A DNA stretch of 32,000 nt from Alkanindiges sp. WGS2144 (GCF_043950625.1 NZ_CP171007.1), one strand, 5' to 3'; positions 14,480 through 25,220 are shown, counted from the first letter of the stretch. Program-made: numbers and translations. The notes: generated from the letters alone by a model not told the origin.

Positions 14480-15597
14480 TGTTATTATGGCTATCTGGGC
14501 TATTGGCTGAACATATCAGCTGGTTTCAGGTTTTTCGTTATTTGACCCTGCGGGCGCTACTTGGCGTATTAACTGCGCTAGGTATTGGCCTGCTGGTTGG
14601 CCCAGTAATGATTCGCAAATTACGTGCCCTCAAATACGGACAGGCGGTCAGTAACTTTGCCCCGGAAAATCATGCGGTCAAAATGGGTACACCGACCATG
14701 GGCGGCGTGTTGATCCTGATCAGTATCGGGGTCAGTACCTTGCTCTGGAGCGACCTAAGCAACCCTTATGTCTGGATTGTACTGGGCGTGATGGTGGTAT
14801 TCGGTGCCGTGGGCTGGGCAGATGACTGGATCAAAATCCGTTATAAGGACAACAAAGGCTTACCGGCATCTAAAAAGTTTTTCTGGACGTCGATTGCGTC
14901 ACTGGGTGCAGGTATTGCCCTGTATGTGATTGCTGCCCAGCAGGTCAATCCGGTGCATAGCGCGGGTATGATTGATTTACTGATTCCATTTTTTAAAAAT
15001 CTGAGCCTGCCATTTTCAGCTATTCCCTATGGTATTGCGTTTATTGCATTTACTTATTTGGTCATTAATGGTGCCAGTAACGCCGTTAACCTGACCGATG
15101 GCCTAGATGGTCTGGCGATTATGCCAGTGGTGATGGTGGCTGCGGCTTTGGGCGTATTTGCCTATTTATCCGGTGATGTACGTTTTGCTGACTACCTGCA
15201 TATTCCCTATGTGGTGTATTCCAGCGAACTGGTAGTCATTTGTAGTGCCATGGTCGGTGCTGGGTTGGCGTTTTTATGGTTTAACGCGCATCCGGCACAG
15301 GTGTTTATGGGTGATGTGGGTGCATTAGCCTTGGGCGCCATGCTAGGCACGATTGCAGTTATGGTACGGCAGGAAATAGTATTTGCCATTATGGGCGGCG
15401 TGTTTGTGATGGAAGCCGTATCGGTATTTTTGCAGATCGGTTCATTGCGCATGCGGCAAAAGCGGGTGTTTTTAATGGCACCGCTGCATCATCATTATGA
15501 AAAACAGGGATGGAAAGAAACCCAGGTCGTCATCCGTTTCTGGATTATTACCATTATTCTGGTGGTGGTTGGCTTAATGACCTTAAAGTTACGTTAA
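14479..15597 (+). CDS. mraY: Phospho-N-acetylmuramoyl-pentapeptide transferase
   Basis: The 372-aa polytopic membrane protein has [20 protein letters not shown] and the HHHYE-type C-terminal motif ([12 protein letters not shown]). Confidence 0.97.
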   Translation: MLLWLSGLLAEHISWFQVFRYLTLRALLGVLTALGIGLLVGPVMIRKLRALKYGQAVSNFAPENHAVKMGTPTMGGVLILISIGVSTLLWSDLSNPYVWIVLGVMVVFGAVGWADDWIKIRYKDNKGLPASKKFFWTSIASLGAGIALYVIAAQQVNPVHSAGMIDLLIPFFKNLSLPFSAIPYGIAFIAFTYLVINGASNAVNLTDGLDGLAIMPVVMVAAALGVFAYLSGDVRFADYLHIPYVVYSSELVVICSAMVGAGLAFLWFNAHPAQVFMGDVGALALGAMLGTIAVMVRQEIVFAIMGGVFVMEAVSVFLQIGSLRMRQKRVFLMAPLHHHYEKQGWKETQVVIRFWIITIILVVVGLMTLKLR

Positions 15598-15641
15598 GCA
15601 AATATTGCTCAACATTACAGCCTATCAGTCAAAAAGCGTAT

Positions 15642-15671
15642 AAAAACAGCTGGTTCATCCAGCTTTTTTTA
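15642..15671 (+). terminator. Rho-independent (bidirectional-looking) terminator after mraY
   Basis: The sequence is AAAAAC-AGCTGG (15648..15653) TTCAT CCAGCT (15659..15664), followed by TTTTTTTAT. Confidence 0.65.
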
Positions 15672-15771
15672 TACCTTGTATTTAATCCTGCGGGATTTAG
15701 CAGTTTTAACAAACCTTTTACGGCAGGCTGTTTTACAATACCTGAGTCTTATTAAATCCAGAACTTCCTTA

Positions 15772-16593
15772 ATGCAAATTATCTGTCCACTTTGCCAGTC
15801 TGAACTCGTACAGCAAACGACCCGCTGGGTATGTGGTAATCAGCATAGCTTTGATGTGGCAAAACAGGGTTATGTCAATTTATTGCCCGTACAGCATAAA
15901 AAAAGCAAAAGCCCGGGCGATACCACGGAAGCAGTACTGGCGCGGCGTGAATTTTTGCAGGCCGGGTTTTATGAGCCCTTGCGTCAGTTGCTGATGCAGG
16001 AAATGGCTGCATTACAGCCTGGTGCGGTACTGGATCTGGGTTGTGGTGAAGGTTACTATACTCGCGGAATGGCGACGGTGGCGGATCAGGTCGTTGGATT
16101 GGATATTGCCAAAGCCGCTGTACAAATCGCGGCCAGACGCTACCCTGAGATGACCTGGCTGGTCGCCAGCGGTGCCCGATTGCCTATTGCCAGTACAACG
16201 CTGGATGTGGTCAGCAGTTTTTTTAGTCCCTTGCCTGTAGAGGAAATGGCGCGGGTATTAAAACCAGAGGGCTATGTATTTATGGTCACTCCGGCGCCAC
16301 AGCATTTATATGAGATGCGGGCTGCCCTGTTTGAGCAGGTCAACCTACATGAGCCGGACAAGTTTCTTGACATCCTTAGCCCATCGTTTAGCCTGATTAA
16401 GGCACAGGTATTAACCTATCCCTTGCAGCTTGAGCAGGCGGCATTACGACAATTGATTGCCATGACACCATATGCGTGGAAAGCCAAAGCTGAACGAAGA
16501 CAGCAACTGGAGCAGGTGGATAAGCTTATGACCCAGGCCAGTTTTCAGCTTTATGTACTACAAAAAAGCCCAGTGATAAACAGCTATCGTTAA
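15772..16593 (+). CDS. rlmA: 23S rRNA (guanine745-N1)-methyltransferase RlmA-like
   Basis: ATG 15772 gives MQIICPLCQSELVQQTTRWVCGNQHSFDVAKQGYVNLLPVQHKKSKSPGDT. This combines a Zn-ribbon CxxC...C..H with the signature YVNLLPVQHK..S..PGD, followed by the SAM-binding motif LDLGCGEGYY. Confidence 0.85.
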   Translation: MQIICPLCQSELVQQTTRWVCGNQHSFDVAKQGYVNLLPVQHKKSKSPGDTTEAVLARREFLQAGFYEPLRQLLMQEMAALQPGAVLDLGCGEGYYTRGMATVADQVVGLDIAKAAVQIAARRYPEMTWLVASGARLPIASTTLDVVSSFFSPLPVEEMARVLKPEGYVFMVTPAPQHLYEMRAALFEQVNLHEPDKFLDILSPSFSLIKAQVLTYPLQLEQAALRQLIAMTPYAWKAKAERRQQLEQVDKLMTQASFQLYVLQKSPVINSYR

Positions 16594-16618
16594 ATGTCCA
16601 GTAAGCCTTTTATACTGC

Positions 16619-19243
16619 CTAAAAAATTTCAGAGGGCAGCACTGGCCGGGTCGCCTGTTTATTAGCGGGTGGGCTTGATGGGGTAGCTGGTGTAGATGAT
16701 GAAGGCCCAGCTGGTTTTGCAGGTGCCGGGCTATCCGGAAGGCCAAAAGCGTCTGCATTAATACCCATATCCGGCAGATCAGCAAAATCATCTACCACTG
16801 TCACTTCAAGCGGTTTGGGTTTATACAGCGGTGTGGCCATCGGTGGAACACGGCGCTGCTTACGCTGTACGTCACTGCTTACCGGATCCAGCAAGTCCGG
16901 ATCATCAGCATTTCGATCCAGTGTGACCCATTTGCTGGGAGTATCCTTTAAGGCTGCGCCCATAAAATCAATCCAGATTGGCAGGGCGGCTATACCCCCG
17001 TATTCACGGCGTCCGAGTGTTTTGGGAGTATCAAAACCGACCCACGTGACGGTCACCAGATTGCCGTTAAACCCGGCAAACCAGGCGTCCTTGGCATCAT
17101 TGGTAGTCCCTGTTTTACCACCCAGGTCATCTCGCCCCAGCTTCAGCGCAGCACGACCTGTACCATGCATAATCACATCCTGCAAAATACTGGCCATATC
17201 AAAGGCTGAGCTGGATTTAATAATCCGTTCGGCTTGCCGATAGGTTTTTATTGCGGATGTAGACGCAACTTGAGACGGGTTTGCATCATTGGCAGGGGTG
17301 GTTGTGGTGGCCGCTGTGCTGGTTTTATTAATGGCCTGACCTGGTTTATTTGTTAGCTCAACGACGTCGTCTGTTGCGTCGGTCGCTGGCTTTTCATCAG
17401 TTGGCGTATCGGCTGGCTGATCATTACTGGTCTGGCAACTTGCACAGGCATAAGCCGGATCAACTTCAAATAGCAGGTTGTCGTCATTATCCAATACTTT
17501 TTCAATCACAAAAGGTTGAATACGAAAACCACCATTGGCAAAGGCGGCGTAACCCGTTGCCATTTGAATGGGTAATACCTGTGGCGTACCCAGGGCAATA
17601 GTCAGGTTGCGGGGGATTTTATTTTCAACCAGGCCAAAATTAACCAAAAAATGCCGTGCACGATCCAGTCCTACCGTTTGTAGCAGGCGAATAGAAACCA
17701 GATTGCGTGATAAATACAGTGCACGTCTTAATGTAATATTACCCAAAAAACGGCCATCCGAATTTTTGGGATGCCACTTTCCCACACTTAACGGGCTATC
17801 GCTCACGATACTGTAAGGTGTCATACCACGTTCAAGGGCCAGAGTATAAATAAAAGGCTTAATGGTAGAGCCCGGTTGGCGCCAGCCCTGAGTAGCACGG
17901 TTAAATTTACTCTGGGCAAAGTCATAACCACCCACAATCGCTTCAACTGCACCATTGTTGGGGTTTAATGCAATCAATTGTCCTTGTACCGCCGGAATCT
18001 GGGTGAGGCGCCAGCTGGTTTTTTTATTGTCATTGGGGCGCAGGCGTACAATGTCATTGAGCTTTACAATCTGGCTGGCTTTATCCGGTGCCCCACCAAT
18101 ACGATCCGCGCTATAATAGCGCCTGGCCCAGGACATTCCGCTCCAGGGGATAGTCACTTTTTTACCATCCACAAATTCGGCGTCAAAACTACGAGAATCA
18201 ACTTTTACTACTTTGGCTGGCCAGGTATTGGCATAAGGAAAAAACTGGCTTAGTGGCTTGTCATTGGCCTCGGCACCACGCCAGCCATGTCGTCGGTCAT
18301 AGGCTTCCAGTCCTTCTTTTACCGCAGTCTCAGCGCTGGCCTGACGCTTGCTATCTACTGTGGTATAGACCTTATAGCCTGAGTTGGTGACCTGTTCACC
18401 AAAGCGCTTAACCATCTCGGCACGGATCAGTTCTGCCAGATAGGGAAAACGGGTAGCTACCCGGTGTTCACGCATATTTAGCTTGATAGGTTCTGCCACT
18501 GCCTGCTGGTAAGTGGCCTGATCAATGGCAGCCAGTTGCAGCATCCGGGCTAGAATCCAGTTGCGGCGCTCCAGCGCCCGTTCTGGATTGGCAACCGGGT
18601 TATAGCGTGAAGGTGCCTTGGGCAATCCTGCAACCATGGCCATTTCGGCCACGGTTAAGTCTTTTAATTCCTTGTTGTAATAAATACGGGCAGCGGCAGC
18701 AATTCCATACGCATTTTTACCCAAAAAAATCTTGTTAACGTACAGGGTGAGAATATCTTCCTTACTCAGGGATTGCTCAATTTTTCGAGCCAGAAAAATT
18801 TCGGTCAGCTTGCGGCGCAAGGTGCGTTCAGGGGACAGGTAGTAATTTTTGGCGACCTGCATGGTAATGGTGGAGCCACCGGTTTGTGCACCGCCGCTGA
18901 TTGTTTCACTCACCGCCCGGCCCAGGCCTTTAAAACTGACTCCACTATGTTCAAAAAAAGAAGAATCTTCAGCAGCTAAAAAAGCCTGAACCAATGTTGG
19001 CGGAATATCTTCGTAAATTACAGGAATGGAAAGCTTCTCCCCAAACTCGGCAATCAGTTCATTATCCCGGGTATACACTTGCAAAGGCTGCTCCAGTGGC
19101 GCTTCTTTGAGTAGAGTCATATCTGGCAAGCTGGGGTAAATATATAAGTACATGCCATAAAAGCCCATCGGGATTGCCATAGCCATCACAATCACTAGCA
19201 AAAAAACTGGATGAATACGGCCTGAACAAGATAGCTTTTTCAT
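16619..19243 (-). CDS. ponA: Penicillin-binding protein 1A (bifunctional glycosyltransferase/transpeptidase)
   Basis: The 874-aa product has the GT51 motifs EDSSFFEHSG and GGSTITMQ, and the transpeptidase motifs STIKP, SRN and KTGTT. It is divergent from pilM, as in Pseudomonas/Acinetobacter-type genomes. Confidence 0.95.
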   Translation of the reverse strand: MKKLSCSGRIHPVFLLVIVMAMAIPMGFYGMYLYIYPSLPDMTLLKEAPLEQPLQVYTRDNELIAEFGEKLSIPVIYEDIPPTLVQAFLAAEDSSFFEHSGVSFKGLGRAVSETISGGAQTGGSTITMQVAKNYYLSPERTLRRKLTEIFLARKIEQSLSKEDILTLYVNKIFLGKNAYGIAAAARIYYNKELKDLTVAEMAMVAGLPKAPSRYNPVANPERALERRNWILARMLQLAAIDQATYQQAVAEPIKLNMREHRVATRFPYLAELIRAEMVKRFGEQVTNSGYKVYTTVDSKRQASAETAVKEGLEAYDRRHGWRGAEANDKPLSQFFPYANTWPAKVVKVDSRSFDAEFVDGKKVTIPWSGMSWARRYYSADRIGGAPDKASQIVKLNDIVRLRPNDNKKTSWRLTQIPAVQGQLIALNPNNGAVEAIVGGYDFAQSKFNRATQGWRQPGSTIKPFIYTLALERGMTPYSIVSDSPLSVGKWHPKNSDGRFLGNITLRRALYLSRNLVSIRLLQTVGLDRARHFLVNFGLVENKIPRNLTIALGTPQVLPIQMATGYAAFANGGFRIQPFVIEKVLDNDDNLLFEVDPAYACASCQTSNDQPADTPTDEKPATDATDDVVELTNKPGQAINKTSTAATTTTPANDANPSQVASTSAIKTYRQAERIIKSSSAFDMASILQDVIMHGTGRAALKLGRDDLGGKTGTTNDAKDAWFAGFNGNLVTVTWVGFDTPKTLGRREYGGIAALPIWIDFMGAALKDTPSKWVTLDRNADDPDLLDPVSSDVQRKQRRVPPMATPLYKPKPLEVTVVDDFADLPDMGINADAFGLPDSPAPAKPAGPSSSTPATPSSPPANKQATRPVLPSEIF

Positions 19244-19411
19244 AACAAGTGGGTTTTAATACCGGTCAGGGATCAGAATTGTCGCAGTATAGCGTCTCAG
19301 GTTCAGGATTGTTAGTTTTACTATTGTTATTTGGATAGGCACTATTAATCCTGGGTTTGCATACTGCTTGTGATATATTCTGGGTGTTTAGAACAATAAA
19401 AGGGAATAACA

Positions 19412-20470
19412 GTGCTTTCCTTTCAGCGTAAACAAAATAAAAGTCTGGTCGGGGTAGATATCAGTTCAACGTCAGTAAAGCTGCTTGAATTGAATATCCG
19501 TGATGGGCGTTATTGGGTGGAAAGCTATGGGATTTTGCCATTGCCTCCTCATGCGGTAGTAGAAAAAAATATTGCTGACCCTGAAAGCGTAGGGGATACC
19601 ATTGAGCGCCTGCTTGATCTGACTAACCCCAAAAGTAATGGGGCGGCCGCGGCGGTTGCTTCCTCGGCAGTCATCACCAAAGTCATCGAAATGGATGCCG
19701 ACATGACCGATGACGAACGTGAGGTACAAATCCGTCTGGATGCCGAACAATACATCCCTTATCCGCTGGATGAGGTCAGCCTTGATTTTGAAGTAGTGGA
19801 TATTTCACCAACCAATCCCAACCGAGTCAGTGTACTTCTTGTTGCCTCGCGTACAGAAAATGTAGATATGCGCAGCGAAGCCCTTGAGCTGGCAGGTTTG
19901 GTTCCGCGAGTGATCGATGTGGAGTCGTATGCCATTGAGCGTGCATTTTCCCTAATTGTTGATACCTTGCCGGGCTCTCCTGATATTGTGGCAATTTTTG
20001 ATATTGGTCACACCATGACTACCTTAAGCGTGCTTAAGGATGAAAAAATTGTTTATAGTCGTGAGCAGCTGTTTGGTGGCAAGCAGTTAACTGAAGATAT
20101 CCAGCGCCGCTATGGTTTGTCCTTCGATGAGGCGGGGCGTGCCAAAAAAGAAGGCAACCTGCCCGATGATTATGAGCCAGAAGTGCTTATGCCTTATATG
20201 GATGCCATTGTGCAGCAGGCAGCGCGTTCATTGCAGTTTTTCTATTCATCAACACAGTTTAACGATGTTGACCATATTTTATTGGCGGGGGGAAATGCCA
20301 ATATTCCAGGCCTTGCACGATTGCTTCAGGAAAAGCTGGGTCATCGGGTGACTATTGCCAATCCATTTATGCAGATGGGTTTTGCTTCCCAGATTGATAC
20401 CAGCCAGCTTGAAAATGATGCACCGTCGCTGCTAGTAGCTTGTGGCCTGGCGTTACGGAGTTTTGATTAA
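19412..20470 (+). CDS. pilM: Type IV pilus assembly protein PilM
   Basis: It has a GTG start at 19412 with AAGGGAA upstream. The N-terminus SLVGVDISSTSVKLLEL matches actin-like ATPase-fold PilM. Confidence 0.95.
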   Translation: MLSFQRKQNKSLVGVDISSTSVKLLELNIRDGRYWVESYGILPLPPHAVVEKNIADPESVGDTIERLLDLTNPKSNGAAAAVASSAVITKVIEMDADMTDDEREVQIRLDAEQYIPYPLDEVSLDFEVVDISPTNPNRVSVLLVASRTENVDMRSEALELAGLVPRVIDVESYAIERAFSLIVDTLPGSPDIVAIFDIGHTMTTLSVLKDEKIVYSREQLFGGKQLTEDIQRRYGLSFDEAGRAKKEGNLPDDYEPEVLMPYMDAIVQQAARSLQFFYSSTQFNDVDHILLAGGNANIPGLARLLQEKLGHRVTIANPFMQMGFASQIDTSQLENDAPSLLVACGLALRSFD

Positions 20471-21126
20471 TGGCAAAAATAAACTTACTGCCATGGCGCG
20501 AAGCGCTCCGTGAGCAGCGAAAAAAAGAATTTATCAGTATTAGTGTCGGTATGTTATTGCTGGGACTGGTACTTTCAGTATTGATGTGGGCATTTTTTCA
20601 TCAGCGCTTAAATGACCAGCAGCAGGCCAATCAATTAGTGCAGGAAGCCAATAGTCAGCTGGATGTACAGCTTAAATCTCTGGATGGCTTGCAGGCTCGT
20701 CGTGATGAAATTATTGAGCGCATGAAGCTGATTCAGGACTTGCAGGGTAAGCGTCCGGTAGTCGTGCGCCTGTTTGATGAAATCACCCGCTTGACTCCAA
20801 GCCAGATGTATCTGGACCGGTTTGAACGTAAAGACAATAAATTTACCTTGCAGGGGCGTGCCGAAAGTCCAAATACCGTATCAGAGTTTTTACGTAATCT
20901 GGAAGGATCGCCCTGGTTCAGAAATGCCTTTATGAACTCCTACCAGGGTCCGGATGCTCAGCAAAAACCACCTTCAGGGTCTGTATTGCCACGTCCGGAA
21001 GACAGTTATGGTTCTTTTGTGGTAACAGTCGATATTAGTGATGAGGCAGCCAGCCTGACGCCTGAAGTGCTACAGGAAACAGCGAATCCGGTAGATGCTG
21101 CCGCTACAGTGACAGGGGGGCAGTAA
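20470..21126 (+). CDS. pilN: Type IV pilus assembly protein PilN
   Basis: The product reads MAKINLLPWREALREQRKKEF followed by one TM helix. Its start overlaps the pilM stop. Confidence 0.9.
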   Translation: MAKINLLPWREALREQRKKEFISISVGMLLLGLVLSVLMWAFFHQRLNDQQQANQLVQEANSQLDVQLKSLDGLQARRDEIIERMKLIQDLQGKRPVVVRLFDEITRLTPSQMYLDRFERKDNKFTLQGRAESPNTVSEFLRNLEGSPWFRNAFMNSYQGPDAQQKPPSGSVLPRPEDSYGSFVVTVDISDEAASLTPEVLQETANPVDAAATVTGGQ

Positions 21127-21127
21127 C

Positions 21128-21835
21128 ATGGATGATCTGAATGACTCTATCATTGATAAGGACGATTTAAAGCCAAGGAAAAAGCCCTTTAATTTTCAGG
21201 ATTTTATTAATAGTTTTAATTCGCTTGATCCGCAAAATATGGGTAGCTGGCCAACACCAGTCAAAATCACAGTCTATATTTTTGTCCTGTTGCTGACTTT
21301 GGCGCTGGCCTATTTTGTGGTGGTGCGGCCTTTGCTCAATGATATTGATAATGCCCGGGCGCAAGAACAAAACCTGCTCAATGAGTATCGCGAGAAAGAC
21401 TCAAAACTCAGAAATCTGCGACTCTACCAGACCCAGGTCGAGCAAATGGAGCAAACCTTTGGCCAGCTTTTGCTGCAATTACCCAAGGAAACTGAAATTC
21501 CAGGGCTGGTAGAGGATATTAACTTTACCGGCGTCAGCAGTGGTCTACGGTTTGATAGCATTACTGTACAGCCGGAAATCAAGCAGGAGTTCTTTATTGA
21601 GCTGCCTATTTCCATTGTGTCAAAAGGCGATTACCATGCATTTGGTGCCTTTGTTAGTGGTCTTGCGGCCTTGCCCCGGATTGTGACTCTGCATGACTTT
21701 GTCATTGAAACCCTGCCAGCGTCTGAGACCAAGAGCGAGGTTCCAGTATTAAAAATGACGGTTCAGGCCAAAACCTACCGTTACAACGATCAAGCCACAG
21801 ATGAGGGATCAAAAACAAAAGGAGCCAAATCATGA
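21128..21835 (+). CDS. pilO: Type IV pilus assembly protein PilO
   Basis: It is a bitopic protein with a coiled-coil and a ferredoxin-like C-terminal region, and sits at the expected operon position. Confidence 0.9.
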   Translation: MDDLNDSIIDKDDLKPRKKPFNFQDFINSFNSLDPQNMGSWPTPVKITVYIFVLLLTLALAYFVVVRPLLNDIDNARAQEQNLLNEYREKDSKLRNLRLYQTQVEQMEQTFGQLLLQLPKETEIPGLVEDINFTGVSSGLRFDSITVQPEIKQEFFIELPISIVSKGDYHAFGAFVSGLAALPRIVTLHDFVIETLPASETKSEVPVLKMTVQAKTYRYNDQATDEGSKTKGAKS

Positions 21836-22374
21836 GAAATAATATCATGAATAACAAGCTTCTGTGTGCTGTGGTGTTTGCCAGTGTGGCTTTAACAGCC
21901 TGTAGTTCGCGTCTGGATGTAGTGAATGAGCAAATGCAGCAAATACGCAGCCAAGCACCGCAGCCTGTACCGCCAGCACCTGTGTTTTTGCCGGTTCCTT
22001 CTTTTGCTTATGCCGCCCAGCAGTTGAGAAGTCCCTTTATTCCGCCAAGTCTGGCCATGGAGCTTCGGATTATGGCAGGCAAGAAAATCATGCCTGACCT
22101 GTCACGACCCCCGCAGTTTCTGGAGCAGTTTCCCATTGAGGCTCTGGTAATGAAAGGCACCTTAAGGCGTACCAATGGTTCATTATATGCCTTGATTCAG
22201 GCACCTGAAGGCGGTGTGGTGCGGGTGGAAAAAGGCAATTATATGGGTAAAAATTATGGGCGCATTATTGATATCAGCCCGAGTCAAATTACAGTAGTAG
22301 AAATTGTTCCCAACGGTCGAGATGGCTTTGTTGAGCGTCCGCGTACTTTGGTCATGTCCGATGTTGGCGCATAG
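21832..22374 (+). CDS. pilP: Type IV pilus assembly lipoprotein PilP
   Basis: It has the lipobox VALTAC|S and an ATGA overlap with the pilO stop. The C-terminal beta-domain reads GSLYALIQAPEGGVVRVEKGNYMGKNYGRIIDI. Confidence 0.85.
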   Translation: MRNNIMNNKLLCAVVFASVALTACSSRLDVVNEQMQQIRSQAPQPVPPAPVFLPVPSFAYAAQQLRSPFIPPSLAMELRIMAGKKIMPDLSRPPQFLEQFPIEALVMKGTLRRTNGSLYALIQAPEGGVVRVEKGNYMGKNYGRIIDISPSQITVVEIVPNGRDGFVERPRTLVMSDVGA

Positions 22375-22393
22375 GGAATTTGAGGAAATAAAA

Positions 22394-24613
22394 ATGAGGA
22401 AACGAGTCAACCAGTTTTGTATGGGGGCAACACCAGCAATGACTTCTTTTATGCGTCAGTTAACCTTGGCCAGTGCCTGTGCGATTGTCATGCAGGGTGC
22501 CATGGCCGCACAAGTCAGCCTGAATCAAGTCATTCCCATGACCTTAGCTAATAATGATACTGAACTGCGTCTGGTATTTAGCAGTACTCCGCCTGAGCCA
22601 CAGGCCTATCAGATTGAACAGCCAACCCGTCTGGTACTGGATTTTCCCGATACCATCAGTGCTTTGACCAGCAACCGGATTAATGTTGCCAGTAGCAGTA
22701 CCCAGGATGTTACTGTAATGGATAATCAGGAGCGTACCCGCCTGGTTATTGGCCTTAATCAGCCAGGTAATTACAGCACCCGAGTCGAAGGCAACACGCT
22801 GGTCTTGAAAATTGGTACAGGTAGTAGCAGTAGTCTTGCCTCAACCCGTGCCACTGCACAGGTCACCAATACCAGTACAGTAATCGCCAGCCCTATTAGT
22901 GCGGATATCCGCAATATTGGTTTTCAGCGTGGAGCAGCTGGTGAAGGCCAGATCACTGTTGACTTGCTCAATCCATCGCTACCGGTTGATGTACAACAGC
23001 AGGGCAGCCGAATTGTAGTCCGGTTCCTGGGTGCGAAAATTCCAGCGAACCTGCGCCGCAGACTGGATGTGAATGACTTTGCTACACCGGTTTCATTTGT
23101 TGATGCCTACAACGAAGGCAGCAGCGGTATGGTCATTATTCAGCCACAAGGCGAATTTGAATACATGGCCTACCAGACTGATAACAAACTGACCATTAGC
23201 GTTAAGCCAGCTGCCAAACCTGAACAGAACAAGGCCAAAGCTCGTGCAGAGGAAGTATATACCGGGCAAAAACTGTCCCTGAACTTCCAAGATATTGATG
23301 TGCGTTCGGTGTTACAGCTGATTGCTGATTTTACCAATTTGAACCTGGTGGCTAGTGATAGCGTCAATGGCCGCATTACCATTCGCCTGCAAAACGTGCC
23401 ATGGGATCAGGCACTGGACATTATTTTGCGTACCAAAGGGCTGGATAAGCGCCGTACCGGTAACGTAATTATGGTAGCACCGGCTGAGGAAATTGCAGCC
23501 CGTGAAAAAATAGAGGCACAAGCACTTCAGCAGGTTGAACAACTGGCACCTCTGCAAACAGAGTACATTCAGCTGAGCTATGCCAAAGCTGCCGATATTC
23601 AAAATCTGATTACCTCTGGTCGCAATAACGGCGCTTCTGGCACGTCAGGGAGTAACTCTGGTAATGGACTGGAGACTAACGTCGGTAGCCTGCTATCCGC
23701 ACGTGGTACAATTTCCATTGACCCACGTACCAACACCTTGATTGTGCAGGATACTGCCAAAAAAATTGATGAAATTCGCGCGATGATCAGCCAGCTGGAT
23801 GTTCCGGTCAAGCAGGTGATGATTGAGGCACGTATTGTTAGTGCTACTAATAGCTTTAGCAAGGAAATGGGCGTTAAATGGGGTGTGCTCTCACAGGGCA
23901 TCACTAATAATAGAAACTTGCTGGTAGGTGGTAGTGACACGACCTTATGGAACCTGCGCGAACCAGAAAAAGATGATGATCTGGGCGGCTTTAAGTATAC
24001 TATTGATCGTCCTGATAACCTGAACGTTGATCTGGGCGTTTCTCGTATGAATAATTCAGCCAGTATCGCTTTTGGTCTGATTAGTTTATCTGATGTGATG
24101 CTGGATCTTGAGCTGTCTGCTTTACAGGCGGATGGGCGTGGTGAAGTGATTTCAACACCTAAGGTGCTGACTGGTGACAAGCAAAAAGCAAGAATCGCAG
24201 CAGGTGAGCAAATTCCTTACCAGAATGCGACATCCAGTGGTGCCACTGCGATACAGTTTGTTAATGCTGAGTTAAGTCTGGAGGTGACACCAAACATCAC
24301 GCCGGATGGTAAAATTGGTATGGAGCTATTTGTAAATAGCGATACACGCGGTGCCCCCGTTGAAGGTGGGGTTGCAATTAATACCAACCGGGTAGCGACC
24401 AATGTATTGGTAAATGATGGTGAAACAGTAGTGCTAGGTGGTATTTTCAAAAACACTACAGGCAATCAGGTAAGGAAAGTTCCTTTTCTGGGTGATTTAC
24501 CTGTTGTAGGTGGTTTATTTAGAAATACCTACAATATAGATGACAAGCAGGAGTTACTGATTTTTATAACCCCTCGCCTGGTCACCGACACTAGCTCACG
24601 CGCACCCAAATAA
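22394..24613 (+). CDS. pilQ: Type IV pilus secretin PilQ
   Basis: ATG 22394 is preceded by the RBS GAGGAA. The product has a signal peptide, two AMIN-like N-terminal modules, a secretin N domain and a secretin C domain (VLVNDGETVVLGGIF...VPFLGDLPVVGGLFR...ELLIFITPRLV). Confidence 0.95.
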   Translation: MRKRVNQFCMGATPAMTSFMRQLTLASACAIVMQGAMAAQVSLNQVIPMTLANNDTELRLVFSSTPPEPQAYQIEQPTRLVLDFPDTISALTSNRINVASSSTQDVTVMDNQERTRLVIGLNQPGNYSTRVEGNTLVLKIGTGSSSSLASTRATAQVTNTSTVIASPISADIRNIGFQRGAAGEGQITVDLLNPSLPVDVQQQGSRIVVRFLGAKIPANLRRRLDVNDFATPVSFVDAYNEGSSGMVIIQPQGEFEYMAYQTDNKLTISVKPAAKPEQNKAKARAEEVYTGQKLSLNFQDIDVRSVLQLIADFTNLNLVASDSVNGRITIRLQNVPWDQALDIILRTKGLDKRRTGNVIMVAPAEEIAAREKIEAQALQQVEQLAPLQTEYIQLSYAKAADIQNLITSGRNNGASGTSGSNSGNGLETNVGSLLSARGTISIDPRTNTLIVQDTAKKIDEIRAMISQLDVPVKQVMIEARIVSATNSFSKEMGVKWGVLSQGITNNRNLLVGGSDTTLWNLREPEKDDDLGGFKYTIDRPDNLNVDLGVSRMNNSASIAFGLISLSDVMLDLELSALQADGRGEVISTPKVLTGDKQKARIAAGEQIPYQNATSSGATAIQFVNAELSLEVTPNITPDGKIGMELFVNSDTRGAPVEGGVAINTNRVATNVLVNDGETVVLGGIFKNTTGNQVRKVPFLGDLPVVGGLFRNTYNIDDKQELLIFITPRLVTDTSSRAPK

Positions 24614-24636
24614 GCACGCGTTTATAAGGAAACATC

Positions 24637-25185
24637 TTGGCTTCAAAACGTTTGCAACCAACCCCGCGCCCCAATATTTATCTGGTGGGGCCGATGGGGG
24701 CAGGTAAAACGACCGTAGGACGGCACCTAGCAGATTTGCTGGGTCGTCCTTTTATGGATAGCGACCATGAAATTGAAGCCAAAACCGGAGCCAGTATCCC
24801 TTGGATTTTTGAAAAAGAGGGTGAGGAAGGCTTTCGTCAGCGTGAAGAAAATATTATTGACCAACTGACCCGGCAATCCGGCATTGTGCTGGCTACCGGT
24901 GGTGGTGCCATTACCCGCTTAAAAAACCGCGAGGCTTTGCAGCAACGTGGTGTGGTTGTCTATTTATATACGCCGGTTGAAATGCAGTTGGCACGTACCT
25001 ACCGTGACCGTAACCGTCCATTGCTACAAGTGGCTAACCCGGAAGCCAAACTAAAAGAACTGCTCGCCACCCGTGATCCCCTGTACCGGCAGACCGCACA
25101 TCATGTGGTGCCTACCTCCGATGGGTCAGCACGTGATTTAGCACAAAAAATCATTCAATTGATTGGCCTAAACACGTTAAGATAA
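24637..25185 (+). CDS. aroK: Shikimate kinase
   Basis: It has an apparent TTG start at 24637 with AAGGA upstream, the P-loop LVGPMGAGKTTVGR and the GGGA motif (LATGGGAI). Confidence 0.93.
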   Translation: MASKRLQPTPRPNIYLVGPMGAGKTTVGRHLADLLGRPFMDSDHEIEAKTGASIPWIFEKEGEEGFRQREENIIDQLTRQSGIVLATGGGAITRLKNREALQQRGVVVYLYTPVEMQLARTYRDRNRPLLQVANPEAKLKELLATRDPLYRQTAHHVVPTSDGSARDLAQKIIQLIGLNTLR

Positions 25186-25220
25186 CCATCAATTCTTTTT
25201 GGTTTATTGTTTAAGAGCTT

